54,913 nucleotides of DNA from Deltaproteobacteria bacterium GWC2_42_11 (lineage in GTDB: Bacteria > Desulfobacterota > GWC2-55-46 > UBA9637 > GWC2-42-11): the NCBI GenBank assembly GCA_001797495.1, contig MGPS01000013.1, positions 21,258 through 76,170 of the forward strand. Direction: 5' to 3'. The notes beneath the pieces are model-generated. The model saw nothing but the letters and a program-made list of their open reading frames with translations. It did no database searches and was not told the origin of the DNA. Positions 8,801 to 19,050 of the stretch are shown here, one piece after another (the first letter of the stretch is position 1; every line of letters begins with the position of its first letter). The position numbers and the translations under genes were made by a program.

Positions 8801-9825
8801 AACTTATTTGAATAAAATAATCAATGAAGATGCATTGAAAGTTTTATCCATGCTTGCTGACAATAGTGTTGACTTGGTTTTGACCGACCCGCCTTACTTT
8901 TTAGACAAGATGGATGATAGTTGGGATGAAAAAAAAGTGGCAAGCACAAAATATCATCATGTTATAAAATCCCTACCAGCTGGAATGAAATTTGACAGAG
9001 AGCAGGGGAAAAACTTTTATAAGTGGTATTATAAAGTTGCAAATGAAATTATAAGGGTTCTAAAACCGGGGGGGGTTTTTCTTTTCATTCTCCAGTCCAA
9101 GATTGTATCACCGAATGGTCTCTGCAATTGATGATGCGGGACTTTTGATAAGGGATTGTTTTATTTGGTTATATACCCAAAACCAGCCAAAGGCTATGAG
9201 TTTAAACCATTTTATAGAGAAATTAAATGAAGACAAAGAAATTAAAGATACTCTCAAAAACCAGTTGAACGGATGGAAAACCCCTCAGATTAAATCTTGT
9301 TTTGAGCCGATTGTAATGGCGCAAAAAGAAACAGAAGGAACATTTTTAGACAATTTCAGAAAATATAATGTCGGCTTGTTAAATACTAATGTTAAAATCG
9401 GTCAAGATATGTTTCCGTCCAATGTGGTTTCAACTGACAAAATAAATGAGGTTGTTGATAAATGTTTTTTGATTTCAAAACCAGATAAAAAAGAAAAGGG
9501 GGATTTTAACGCGCACAGAACTGTAAAACCGTTAAGTTTATGCGAATACATTATAAACCTAACAACTTATTCAAATGAGGCGGTTGTTCTTGACCCTTTT
9601 GCCGGCAGCGGGACTACACTGGTGGCGGCTAAAAAATTAGGAAGAAAATTTATCGGCATTGATATAAATAAGGAATACATTGAAGTTTCTCAAAGAAGAA
9701 TTAAACAGACTAATACAACCTATTTCATCCTCAATGATATAAAGGCAGAAAGACAATTAAGAATTCTTGAAAAAGCAGCAAAATATAAAAGACTAAATAA
9801 GCGCAAGATAGCAAAAGCGGTTTGA
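8793..9825 (+). pseudogene. beta-class N6A/N4C DNA methyltransferase, frameshifted at a G8 tract
   Basis: The DPPY motif lies in the 5' ORF, and the FAGSGTT SAM motif plus TVKPL lie in the 3' ORF (+1 frame). Removing one G from the G8 run at 9068-9075 gives a continuous LKPGGFFFSFSSPRLYHRMV. Confidence 0.8.
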
Positions 9826-9865
9826 TAAAATTCCACAATCAAAATTAACCGGGGGGATTTAATTT

Positions 9866-12571
9866 ATGCCATCTAAAAAACATGTCTACTTCTTCGGCGG
9901 GGGTCATGCTGAAGGAAATGCAAAGATGAAAGACCTTCTCGGAGGCAAGGGTTCAGGGGTAGCGGAAATGACAAATGCTGGCGTACCTGTGCCGCCGGGC
10001 TTTACTATTACAACAGAGGTTTGCAAGATATTTTATGAAAACAAAAACAAACTCCCAAAGGAGATACTTGATGAGATAGATGAAAACTTGAAAAAACTTG
10101 AGGGAACAATCGGGAAGAGATTCGGAAATTCAGAAGACCCGCTGCTTGTTTCAGTCCGTTCAGGTTCGAAGTTCTCAATGCCCGGGATGATGGATACTGT
10201 TTTAAATCTCGGCTTGAACGACAAGTCAATAATCGGACTTATAAAAAAAACAGGCAATGAAAGATTTGCATGGGATGCATACAGAAGGTTTATTCAGATG
10301 TTCGGAAATGTTGTTTTAGGCATTGAAAAGGAACATTTTGAACATATTGTAAGCCATAAAAAACAGGAGAGAAATATAAAACTTGATATAGAATTTACAG
10401 TTGATGATTTAAAAGACATTGTCAGCAAACACAAGGCAAAGGTAAAGGAATTGACAGGCAAGGATTTCCCTCAAGAGCCATACTCACAACTCGAGATGTC
10501 ACGGGATGCTGTTTTCAAATCATGGAACAATCCACGGGCAGTTACATACAGGAGGCTTTACAGCATCCCTGATAACCTCGGGACTGCTGTAAATGTCCAG
10601 ACAATGGTATTCGGCAATCTTGGAAACACATCAGCAACAGGTGTTGGCTTTACAAGGAATCCTGCAACAGGTGAAAATGAGTTCTACGGCGAATATCTTA
10701 TGAATGCTCAAGGAGAGGATGTTGTCGCAGGCATCAGGACGCCTCATCCTATAAAAGATTTGGAAAAAGAGATGCCCGATGTCTACAAGCAGTTAAAAGG
10801 GATTACATTAAATCTTGAAAAGCATTACAGGGATGTTCAGGACTTTGAGTTTACGATTCAGGAAGGCAAACTCTATATGCTTCAGACAAGGAACGGCAAG
10901 AGGACAGGCATTGCTGCTGTTAAGATTGCTGTTGATATGGTTACAGAAGGGCTTATTACAAAGGAAGAGGCTGTGATGAGGGTTGAGCCAGAGCAGATTG
11001 AGCAGTATCTATTCCCGATATTTAATCCAAAAGAAGAGGTTAAATACAAATCACTTGCAGCAGGCCTCCCTGCAGGTCCAGGGGACGCAGCAGGCGCAAT
11101 TGTGTTTACTGCTAACAAGGCTGTTGAGGAAAAGGCAAAAGGCAAAAGGGTTATTTTGGTCAGGATGGAGACAAGCCCTGATGACATACACGGCATGCAC
11201 GCGGCACAGGGATTTTTAACTGCAAGGGGAGGCATGACATCACACGCAGCAGTTGTTGCAAGGCAGATGGGCAAGGTCTGCGTTGCAGGGTGCGGAGCAG
11301 TTATTGTAAATGAAAAAGAAGGATGTATAAAAATCGGCGAGGCAATGTTTAAAGAAAGTGATTATATCTCAGTCAGCGGGTTTACAGGAAAGGTCTATGC
11401 AGGTGATATACCCACAATCCCATCCGAGGTTATTCAAGTTATTGATGGTGCAATGGATGCGGAAAAGTCCGAAAGATACAGATATTTTTCTCGACTGCTT
11501 AAATGGGCTGATGAACATAGGAAACTTAAAGTCAGGGCGAATGCTGATATACCAAGGGATGCACACATTGCAAGGGAATTTGGCGCAGAAGGGATTGGAC
11601 TCTGCAGAACAGAGCATATGTTCTTTGCAGAGGACAGACTCCCGATAATGCAGGAGATGATACTTGCAACAACAGTCAAAGACAGGGAAACAGCATTATC
11701 AAAACTCCTGCCTATGCAAAAAAGTGATTTCAAAGGCTTGTTCCAGAAGATGAAAGGCTATCCTGTAACAATAAGGCTTTTAGACCCGCCTCTGCATGAG
11801 TTTCTGCCAAAGAGAGAAGAATTACTGGTTGAGATTGCAGTTATGAAGGCAACAAAAAATAATCCTGAAAAACTATTTGAAAAAGAAAGACTTTTAAAGC
11901 GGGTTGAGGAACTCCATGAATTCAACCCCATGCTCGGACACAGGGGGTGCAGGCTCGGCATAACATACCCTGAAATAACAAAGATGCAGGTAAGGGCAAT
12001 AATAGAGGCTGCATGCGAACTTGCAAAAGAAGGGCAGACAGTAATCCCTGAAATAATGATACCTCTTGTCGGCAATGTAAATGAAATCAAAAACCAGAAG
12101 GCGCTTGCTGCAGCAGTTGCAGACGAGGTTATGAAAGAAAGGGAGGTTAAGGTCGAATATATGATAGGCACAATGATAGAGGTGCCGCGTGCCGCAATAA
12201 CTGCTGATGAGATTGCGAGCGAGGCAGAATTTTTCTCATTCGGCACAAATGACCTGACACAGACAACATTCGGTTTCAGCCGTGATGATTCAATGAAATT
12301 CGTAAAATATTACATAGACAACAGAATCCTTGAAAACGACCCATTCGCAATCCTTGACCAAAAAGGTGTCGGCGAATTTATAAAAATGGCTGTTGAAAAG
12401 GGCAAGAAGACAAGACCAAATCTAAAGGTCGGCATATGCGGAGAACACGGCGGAGAGCCTTCATCAGTAGAGTTCTGCCACAGAGTCGGCTTGAATTATG
12501 TTAGTTGCTCGCCATACCGTGTGCCGATTGCCAGACTCGCAGCAGCACATGCAGCATTGAAGGAGAAGTGA
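9866..12571 (+). CDS. ppdK: pyruvate, phosphate dikinase
   Basis: 901 aa, with the GGKGSGVAEM ATP-grasp start, the GGMTSHAAVVAR phospho-His motif and the CGEHGG C-terminal PEP-utilising domain. Confidence 0.96.
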   Translation: MPSKKHVYFFGGGHAEGNAKMKDLLGGKGSGVAEMTNAGVPVPPGFTITTEVCKIFYENKNKLPKEILDEIDENLKKLEGTIGKRFGNSEDPLLVSVRSGSKFSMPGMMDTVLNLGLNDKSIIGLIKKTGNERFAWDAYRRFIQMFGNVVLGIEKEHFEHIVSHKKQERNIKLDIEFTVDDLKDIVSKHKAKVKELTGKDFPQEPYSQLEMSRDAVFKSWNNPRAVTYRRLYSIPDNLGTAVNVQTMVFGNLGNTSATGVGFTRNPATGENEFYGEYLMNAQGEDVVAGIRTPHPIKDLEKEMPDVYKQLKGITLNLEKHYRDVQDFEFTIQEGKLYMLQTRNGKRTGIAAVKIAVDMVTEGLITKEEAVMRVEPEQIEQYLFPIFNPKEEVKYKSLAAGLPAGPGDAAGAIVFTANKAVEEKAKGKRVILVRMETSPDDIHGMHAAQGFLTARGGMTSHAAVVARQMGKVCVAGCGAVIVNEKEGCIKIGEAMFKESDYISVSGFTGKVYAGDIPTIPSEVIQVIDGAMDAEKSERYRYFSRLLKWADEHRKLKVRANADIPRDAHIAREFGAEGIGLCRTEHMFFAEDRLPIMQEMILATTVKDRETALSKLLPMQKSDFKGLFQKMKGYPVTIRLLDPPLHEFLPKREELLVEIAVMKATKNNPEKLFEKERLLKRVEELHEFNPMLGHRGCRLGITYPEITKMQVRAIIEAACELAKEGQTVIPEIMIPLVGNVNEIKNQKALAAAVADEVMKEREVKVEYMIGTMIEVPRAAITADEIASEAEFFSFGTNDLTQTTFGFSRDDSMKFVKYYIDNRILENDPFAILDQKGVGEFIKMAVEKGKKTRPNLKVGICGEHGGEPSSVEFCHRVGLNYVSCSPYRVPIARLAAAHAALKEK

Positions 12572-12610
12572 TAAACATCTGAAGTTGCAGAAAATGGTGA
12601 TTATGAATTA

Positions 12611-12796
12611 ATGGAAGAGCGAGACTATTATTTGAAGGCTCTTCAAGACGCGGAATGGCAGGATAATGAACGTATGGATAAAAGGATGGGACAGATTGAG
12701 CAAAGCGGGGATGTAATGAACGAAAAAAGTTTACTGATGGACATTAGGAAGCGTCTTGCTGAGATTTATTTTTATATTGATAAAGTCAGACAATAA
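12611..12796 (+). CDS. hypothetical small protein
   Basis: This is a 61 aa charged ORF after ppdK with no recognisable motif. Whether it is coding is uncertain. Confidence 0.25.
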   Translation: MEERDYYLKALQDAEWQDNERMDKRMGQIEQSGDVMNEKSLLMDIRKRLAEIYFYIDKVRQ

Positions 12797-13067
12797 GACA
12801 ATAGAAGAATAGAGTGGCAGTTGCGTTCTCCCAATATGATACGCGAAGAATTCAAAAAAGTGTTAGCTAAAATTCAAAACCGTACTGTTTAAAATTCTAA
12901 AAAAGATGGAAAAACCGGAAACGGGGTCAGGTCTTTACTCTTGCAGCGATAGAGGAAAATTCAGCGCCGCTATTGCTCGGGGAGAATAGGGACATTAAAG
13001 AGGAAATTTTTTACCCGAAATATCAGATAACATGCTAAAATAACCAAAGATGAGTTTATTAGACTAT

Positions 13068-13724
13068 TCACTGTGGCTTAACCACCCTTACACCCTGCGG
13101 TATCTCTAAATTGAAAAGAGATTTTTGAAGTGATGTGTTTATCTTTATATTGCTGAATCTCACCGACGCAACACTACCAAACGGGTCAAAGGTGCTAGTC
13201 CCGTTTACGAAGAAGGTCTTTTTATCTACTATGATGTGGATTTTCTTTATGCTCGGCTGTGGTATCCTTGGGATAAGTATCAATGTATAGTCAGCAGGTG
13301 TTTCCCCTTCCAGTCTTACATCAAAATCATTTTTGATATTCCTCATCCCTGACAGAAAGTGTTTTGCCAGAGGCGATGACTCACTGCTGAAACTGCTTAC
13401 CATTACCTGCCCGAGGTCAGGCTGATAAACCCATATGGTATCCCCATTGTTTACTATAATGTCCTTACCGGGTGATGCATATTCCCATCGCATCATGCCT
13501 GGCTTTTTAAAATATACAACCCCTTCAGAATTCTGTGCCCCTCCTAATGAAGAGGAGGTTGTTTTCTGAACGAAGTTAGCCTTCATATCAGATATACCGT
13601 CATATACCTTCTGGATGTTTGACAGGATATTGTCCAGAGTTTCAGCAGATTCAGCAGGTATTAGAAGAAGGGAGAGGAGAAGCAGGAAAGCAGAAGAATA
13701 ATAAAATATGTTTCTCTTTATCAC
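13068..13724 (-). CDS. lolA: outer-membrane lipoprotein carrier protein LolA
   Basis: It has a signal peptide and the conserved FxQ...GxxxxxxPGxxRWEY...W.YxPdL pattern. It is translationally coupled to ftsK. Confidence 0.85.
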   Translation of the reverse strand: MIKRNIFYYSSAFLLLLSLLLIPAESAETLDNILSNIQKVYDGISDMKANFVQKTTSSSLGGAQNSEGVVYFKKPGMMRWEYASPGKDIIVNNGDTIWVYQPDLGQVMVSSFSSESSPLAKHFLSGMRNIKNDFDVRLEGETPADYTLILIPRIPQPSIKKIHIIVDKKTFFVNGTSTFDPFGSVASVRFSNIKINTSLQKSLFNLEIPQGVRVVKPQ

Positions 13725-15964
13725 AACCTTCTCCTTACGAGAACCTCTCGCGGTTTGCTCCCCTGACTCGGTCCCACAACGCCTTCTGCCTCCATCTTTT
13801 CAATTATCCTGGCTGCCGTGTTATAGCCGATTCTTAACCTGCGCTGGAGATAGGATGTAGATGCCTGTTCCAGATTCATAATAATATTCATAGCCTCATC
13901 GTACCTCCTGTTAAATTCTTCATCGTCTTCCTCGTCACCTTTTATATTATTATTGTCGTCCAGCCGTGATTCGGAAATCGCATGGTCAAATACAGGTTTT
14001 CCCTGCTTCTTCAAAAACTCAGCAACCCTGTTTATCTCGATTTCAGAGATATATTCGCCGTGTATCCTCTGCAGCCTTGCTGTCCCCGGCGGGAGGAGAA
14101 GCATATCACCATCGCCCAGCAGACTCTCGGCGCCTATGGAATCAAGGATTGTGCGGGAGTCAGTCCTTGACACAACCTGACATGATATCCTGGTAGGGAA
14201 ATTTGCCTTTATAAGTCCTGTTATAACATCCACAGAAGGTCTTTGTGTTGCCACTATAAGATGTATCCCTGCAGCCCTTGCCATCTGTGAAAGCCTGACA
14301 AGACAGTCCTCAACATCCTTGCCTGCGACCATCATTAGATCTGCAAGTTCATCTATTACAACGACTATGTAGGGGAGTTTCTGATGTCTCCTGTCAAACT
14401 CTGTGGCAATACCTTTATCTGCAGTAATATTCTCCTTTCTCTCCTCATCTATCAGATGGTTGTATCTGGCAATATTTTTTGCCCCCAGTTCTGCCATGAG
14501 TTTGTACCTTTCACCCATTTCTTTCAATACGCCACGCAGTACCCCTGCAGCCTTTTTTGGGTCAGTTACAACAGGTGTCAGGAGATGAGGTATGCCTTCA
14601 TATGCTGAAAGTTCCAGCATCTTCGGGTCTATCATTATAAATTTTACATCATCAGGTGTTGCCTTATAGAGAATGCTCAATATCATTGCATTTATGGCAA
14701 CACTCTTGCCTGTCCCTGTTGCACCGGCAAGCAGCAGGTGGGGCATCTTTGCGAGGTCCGCAATGAATGTATTTCCTACAAGATCTTTGCCAAACCCCAG
14801 TGTCAGAAGTGATGTGCTTTTTATATATTCCTGACTTTCAAGTATATCCCTTAGGAATATCTTTGCCCTGACTGCATTAGGCACCTCTATGCCAACAACT
14901 GCCTTGCCCGGGACAGGTGCAAGTATCCTTATTGAGGAGGCGCGGAGTGCCAATGCAAGGTCATCGGTTAAGTTTAATATCTTCCCGACCTTTATCCCTG
15001 GTGCAGGCTCAAATTCATACATTGTTACGACAGGACCCGGTCTTACCTCTAACACCTTGCCTTCTACTCCGAAGTCTTTGAGTTTTTTCTCAACAATTTC
15101 GGAGTTTGTAAGTATCTTTTTCTCATCTACAGGTTTCCCTTTTTCAGGATTCGGGTCAAGCAGTGAAATCGGCGGGAGTAAAAATTTCTCGTCGGATTTT
15201 AAGAATTCAAAATGCTGCTGAAGAGGTTTCCTCTCTTTTTGTTTAACCTGCGCCTTTGCCTGTTCTTTCGAAGTTTCAGGCATAACAATGGTCGGCGGCA
15301 AATGTTTCTTTGAATGTTCAGGTTGATCAGTAGGCTCTTCTTCGTCTTCTATCCTGGATACCCTCTTCCGTTTTTTACCCATTTCTGCAAGCAGGTTCTT
15401 TTTCAGGAAATCAGCCGCACCCTGATACAGGAGTCTGGATGCATTGATAATATTGCCTATTGCGTTAATAATAGATATTCCGGTGGCATATACTGTTGTT
15501 ACTGCCAGTACTGCGACTAACAGGATAATTGTGCCTATTGTATTCATATAAACTTCAAGGAGATAAGCAACGTAACTGCCTATTATACCGCTTGCACTGA
15601 ACTTGTCTTCGCTGAATATACTTATAAGTGATGAGAACGAGATAATTAAAAAAAGGTGGTTTATGAAGAGAGGTATATTTGGTGTAAGATTTTTTCTGAA
15701 CAGTAGTTTTATTGAAATGGCAAACAGGAGTATAAGGAGAATGTATGCGGAAGGTCCTATTAGGAAGAAAAGAGTGCCTGACAGGTATGAACCTATCTTC
15801 CCGCCCCAGTTCACTACTTCTTCATTTATACCCTGTTCAAAAAGATGCGGGTCGTTTTGAGAAAATGATATAAGGCTTGCCGCTGTAAAAATACAGAATG
15901 CTAATATAACTATGCCATAGATCTCTTTTTTGTGGTCACTCTTACTTTCCTCTTTTGTACCCAT
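13721..15964 (-). CDS. ftsK: DNA translocase FtsK
   Basis: It has N-terminal TM segments, a Pro/Lys-rich linker, the Walker A GATGTGKSV, and a C-terminal gamma wHTH (YLQRRLRIGYNTAARIIE). Confidence 0.95.
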   Translation of the reverse strand: MGTKEESKSDHKKEIYGIVILAFCIFTAASLISFSQNDPHLFEQGINEEVVNWGGKIGSYLSGTLFFLIGPSAYILLILLFAISIKLLFRKNLTPNIPLFINHLFLIISFSSLISIFSEDKFSASGIIGSYVAYLLEVYMNTIGTIILLVAVLAVTTVYATGISIINAIGNIINASRLLYQGAADFLKKNLLAEMGKKRKRVSRIEDEEEPTDQPEHSKKHLPPTIVMPETSKEQAKAQVKQKERKPLQQHFEFLKSDEKFLLPPISLLDPNPEKGKPVDEKKILTNSEIVEKKLKDFGVEGKVLEVRPGPVVTMYEFEPAPGIKVGKILNLTDDLALALRASSIRILAPVPGKAVVGIEVPNAVRAKIFLRDILESQEYIKSTSLLTLGFGKDLVGNTFIADLAKMPHLLLAGATGTGKSVAINAMILSILYKATPDDVKFIMIDPKMLELSAYEGIPHLLTPVVTDPKKAAGVLRGVLKEMGERYKLMAELGAKNIARYNHLIDEERKENITADKGIATEFDRRHQKLPYIVVVIDELADLMMVAGKDVEDCLVRLSQMARAAGIHLIVATQRPSVDVITGLIKANFPTRISCQVVSRTDSRTILDSIGAESLLGDGDMLLLPPGTARLQRIHGEYISEIEINRVAEFLKKQGKPVFDHAISESRLDDNNNIKGDEEDDEEFNRRYDEAMNIIMNLEQASTSYLQRRLRIGYNTAARIIEKMEAEGVVGPSQGSKPREVLVRRRL

Positions 15965-16044
15965 AAGTTTAAAAAATGTAAATGTTTAAGCTTTAGATAC
16001 TCTATACCTGCCCGCAAAACCTGAATGTGCGGCTGGGTCAGGCT

Positions 16045-16602
16045 TTATATCTTTGGCAATGTTATCCCGATCTGGGACTGGTATTTCCCGTTCTTATCCT
16101 TATAAGACACAAGCGGTTCTTCATCACTTTCAAAGAAAAGTACCTGTGCAATCCCTTCATTGGCGTATATCTTTGCAGGGAGAGGGGTTGTATTTGATAT
16201 TTCAAGTGTGACATAACCCTCCCATTCAGGTTCAAAGGGTGTAACATTTGTTATTATGCCGCACCTTGCATATGTTGATTTACCAACACATATAGTCATT
16301 ACATTGCGGGGTATTCTGAAATATTCAACGCTTTGACCGAGCGCAAAAGAGTTTGGGGGTATGATGCAGACATCGCCTTTGAAGTCAACAAAAGACTTGC
16401 TGTCGAACTTTTTAGGGTCAACAATCGCATTATTCACATTTGTAAATATCTTAAACTCGTCAGATATGCGGATGTCGTAACCATACGATGAGACGCCGTA
16501 TGATATGCAGCCCTTTCTAACCTGTTTTTCTTCAAACGGTTCAATCATTTTTGGATTGTGTTCCAGGGACATCTTTCGTATCCACCTGTCATTTTTTATC
16601 AT
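16045..16602 (-). CDS. dcd: dCTP deaminase
   Basis: Typical Dcd N-terminus ([10 protein letters not shown]...IEPF) plus SSYGYDIR and the trimeric dUTPase-like core. Confidence 0.92.
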   Translation of the reverse strand: MIKNDRWIRKMSLEHNPKMIEPFEEKQVRKGCISYGVSSYGYDIRISDEFKIFTNVNNAIVDPKKFDSKSFVDFKGDVCIIPPNSFALGQSVEYFRIPRNVMTICVGKSTYARCGIITNVTPFEPEWEGYVTLEISNTTPLPAKIYANEGIAQVLFFESDEEPLVSYKDKNGKYQSQIGITLPKI

Positions 16603-16687
16603 TTCAAAACTCCTCTTTCTGAGTAGAATTTTTAAGTTAAATCTTTATACCATGATAAAATGTAAATAGTCAATAACTTGTCTGACT

Positions 16688-16871
16688 CCAAAAATAGACA
16701 TTGATTTTTGGGGAAACCTGCAAGTTGGCTGCCAGACGAGGCAGCGGACAATTTTTGAGACGAGCCGTATGTTCACCGATACGGTGAGGAACAAAAATTG
16801 GCCGATAACGAAGTATGGCAGCCAAATCGCAGGTTTGTAAAATAGCGAGGTTTTTAATCACTATTTTACGG
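16688..16871 (-). mobile_element. MITE family 1, full-length copy A (184 bp), flanked by the 6 bp direct repeat CTGACT
   Basis: It is the reverse complement of 45014..45198, differing by two substitutions and one terminal G. CTGACT is found at 16682-16687 and 16872-16877. The termini are CCAAAAATAG.../...CTATTTTACGG, and the interior folds as a long imperfect hairpin. Confidence 0.8.
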
Positions 16872-16936
16872 CTGACTCTTGTTTTGCTGTTGTATCGCTG
16901 CCCGTATAAGACCTGCACATAGCGGTTGTTTTTTTC

Positions 16937-16966
16937 TTGACAGTCAAGGCTAGGATACTGTATTTT
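16937..16966 (+). promoter_or_regulatory. putative sigma70 promoter for ffh
   Basis: TTGACA (16937-16942), an 18 nt spacer, then TATTTT (16961-16966), about 40 nt upstream of the ffh ATG. Confidence 0.4.
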
Positions 16967-17006
16967 TAATATTTCTAAATTTCGTAGAATTATCAGGTCA
17001 AATCAT

Positions 17007-18359
17007 ATGTTTGAAAATATAAGCGATAGACTTGGAGTTATATTTAAAAGGCTCAAAGGGTACGGGAGGCTGACTGAAGCGAATATACAGGAGGCACTCA
17101 GGGATGTCAGGATGGCGCTCCTTGAGGCTGATGTCAACTTCAAGGTCGTAAGGGAGTTTATTGACAGGATCAAGACAAAGGCTGTCGGCAGGGAAGTCCT
17201 TGAAAGCCTTACCCCTGGTCAGCAGTTCATAAAGGTAGTGAATGATGAACTTACATCAATCCTCGGGGGTTTGCCTGCAGATCTCAGGTTCGGGTCAAAA
17301 CCGCCTGCTGTTATCATGGTTGTGGGGCTTCAGGGGTCAGGTAAAACTACTACTGCTGCAAAACTTGCCAGATATCTGAAGGGTAAGGGCAGGTCTCCGT
17401 ATCTTGTTCCTGCGGATGTGTACAGACCTGCTGCAATACTGCAGTTGAGAAGACTTGCTGATGAAATAAAGATGGATGTATTTGCAGACGATGTATTCAA
17501 AACACCCCAGGAAATATGCAGAGAGGCAATGAGGGTTGCAGGTGTCATGGGGCATGATACCTTGATTGTTGATACCGCAGGCAGGCTGCATATTGACGAA
17601 GCCCTGATGTGTGAGTTAAAGGAACTTAAAGGCATATTGAAGCCGTGCGAGATGCTATTTGTTGCAGATGCAATGACAGGGCAGGATGCTGTAAATACCG
17701 CAGGCGGATTTGACAGGGAACTGGATATAACAGGCATTATACTTACAAAACTTGACGGCGATGCAAGGGGTGGTGCCGCCCTTTCAATGGCAGCGGTTAC
17801 TGGCAAGCCTATTAAGTTTGTTGGTATCGGTGAGAAGGTTGACGCAATTGAGCCATTCTACCCTGACAGGATGGCAGGCAGGATACTGGGCATGGGTGAT
17901 GTGCTCACCCTTATTGAAAAGGCTCATGAGGCAGTTGATGTAAAGAAAGCAAAGGAGATGGAGGAAAAACTCCGCAAGGATTCCTTCACACTAGAGGATT
18001 TCAGGGAACAGTTGCACCAGATAAAGAAGATGGGCTCGATTGAGAATATACTTTCAATGATGCCTGGGTTTAAGGAACTGCAGAAGTCGCATGGGGTAAA
18101 CCCTGATCCGAAGGATTTGATAAAGATAGAGGCGATAATAAACTCTATGACAAAGGAAGAGAGGAGGAAGCCTGATGTCCTCAACGGCAGCCGCAGAAAG
18201 AGGATAGCAAAAGGGAGCGGGACAACTGTTCAGGATGTTAATAAACTTATAAAGCAGTACCTTCAGATTAAACAGATGATGAAGGTCTTTGCCAGATCTG
18301 GTTCAAGGGCGATGTTTGGCAGGACGTTAAATGCTTTCAGAGGGTTTATGCCGTCCTGA
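17007..18359 (+). CDS. ffh: signal recognition particle protein
   Basis: N and G domains (GLQGSGKTTT, DTAGR, TKLDGD) plus a Met-rich M domain. Confidence 0.96.
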   Translation: MFENISDRLGVIFKRLKGYGRLTEANIQEALRDVRMALLEADVNFKVVREFIDRIKTKAVGREVLESLTPGQQFIKVVNDELTSILGGLPADLRFGSKPPAVIMVVGLQGSGKTTTAAKLARYLKGKGRSPYLVPADVYRPAAILQLRRLADEIKMDVFADDVFKTPQEICREAMRVAGVMGHDTLIVDTAGRLHIDEALMCELKELKGILKPCEMLFVADAMTGQDAVNTAGGFDRELDITGIILTKLDGDARGGAALSMAAVTGKPIKFVGIGEKVDAIEPFYPDRMAGRILGMGDVLTLIEKAHEAVDVKKAKEMEEKLRKDSFTLEDFREQLHQIKKMGSIENILSMMPGFKELQKSHGVNPDPKDLIKIEAIINSMTKEERRKPDVLNGSRRKRIAKGSGTTVQDVNKLIKQYLQIKQMMKVFARSGSRAMFGRTLNAFRGFMPS

Positions 18360-18423
18360 TAAATATAAATCTTGTCAGTTGCATTTAGATTTTTAAGCAG
18401 AATAAAAGGAGGTGGTAATTTCA

Positions 18424-18693
18424 ATGGGTGTGAAGATAAGGCTCACGAGGATTGGGGCAAAAAAGAAACCTGTTTACAGGATAGTAGTTGCTGACTCAAA
18501 TTCGCCGCGGGATGGTAAATTCCTTGAAGTCATAGGTAGTTATGACCCAAATGCAAATCCTGCTAAAGTTGACATTGATGAGGAGGTCACATTAAAATGG
18601 CTGAATAGAGGTGCGACCCCGACAGAGACCGTAAAAAATCTCATCAAAAGGACAAACATTCTGGACAAATTTGCCAGAGGCAGTGCAACGTAG
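18424..18693 (+). CDS. rpsP: 30S ribosomal protein S16
   Basis: [22 protein letters not shown] is the canonical S16 start. An AAGGAGGTG SD lies upstream of the ATG at 18424. Confidence 0.93.
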   Translation: MGVKIRLTRIGAKKKPVYRIVVADSNSPRDGKFLEVIGSYDPNANPAKVDIDEEVTLKWLNRGATPTETVKNLIKRTNILDKFARGSAT

Positions 18694-18774
18694 GAGTTGG
18701 TTCTCTGAATATGCCCTGCTTGCAGCAGATAGCAGACAGCCAACCAATACAACTAAATTAACGGAGGTGTGAAG

Positions 18775-19005
18775 GTGAAAGAACTGATAGAATACATCGC
18801 AAAGGCGCTCGTAGATTACCCTGAGAAAGTAAGGGTGAACGAGGTAACAGGTGAAAATACATCTGTTATTGAGTTGATAGTTGCAAAGGAGGACCTTGGC
18901 AAGGTTATAGGTAAGGAAGGAAGGACAGCCAGAGCAATGAGAATAATACTTACGGCAGCATCAACAAAACTGAAGAAAAGGGCAGTACTTGAGATAGTTG
19001 AGTAA
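18775..19005 (+). CDS. KH-domain RNA-binding protein (YlqC/UPF0109)
   Basis: [20 protein letters not shown] and the [21 protein letters not shown] motif. The GTG at 18775 has better SD spacing than the GTG at 18769. Confidence 0.85.
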   Translation: MKELIEYIAKALVDYPEKVRVNEVTGENTSVIELIVAKEDLGKVIGKEGRTARAMRIILTAASTKLKKRAVLEIVE

Positions 19006-19050
19006 AAGGCACTTTAGCCGCAGGCTGCAGTACGCAGCCTGCTAACCAAG

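Noticed and set aside
10882-12246. Several 80-160 aa minus-strand ORFs inside ppdK (and similar ones inside ffh, argB, pilS, der and hemC)
   Set aside because: All are antisense to well-supported conserved genes and have low-complexity translations.
12900-13000. SRP-RNA-like GGUCAGGUC string in the ppdK-lolA spacer
   Set aside because: The downstream sequence does not form the domain IV symmetric/asymmetric loops. The motif belongs to short GACCTGACCCC-type repeat debris.
16670-16918. 82 aa ORF (with its twin 44861..45070)
   Set aside because: Both are translations of the MITE and hairpin repeats. There is no SD, and they lie in divergent promoter regions.
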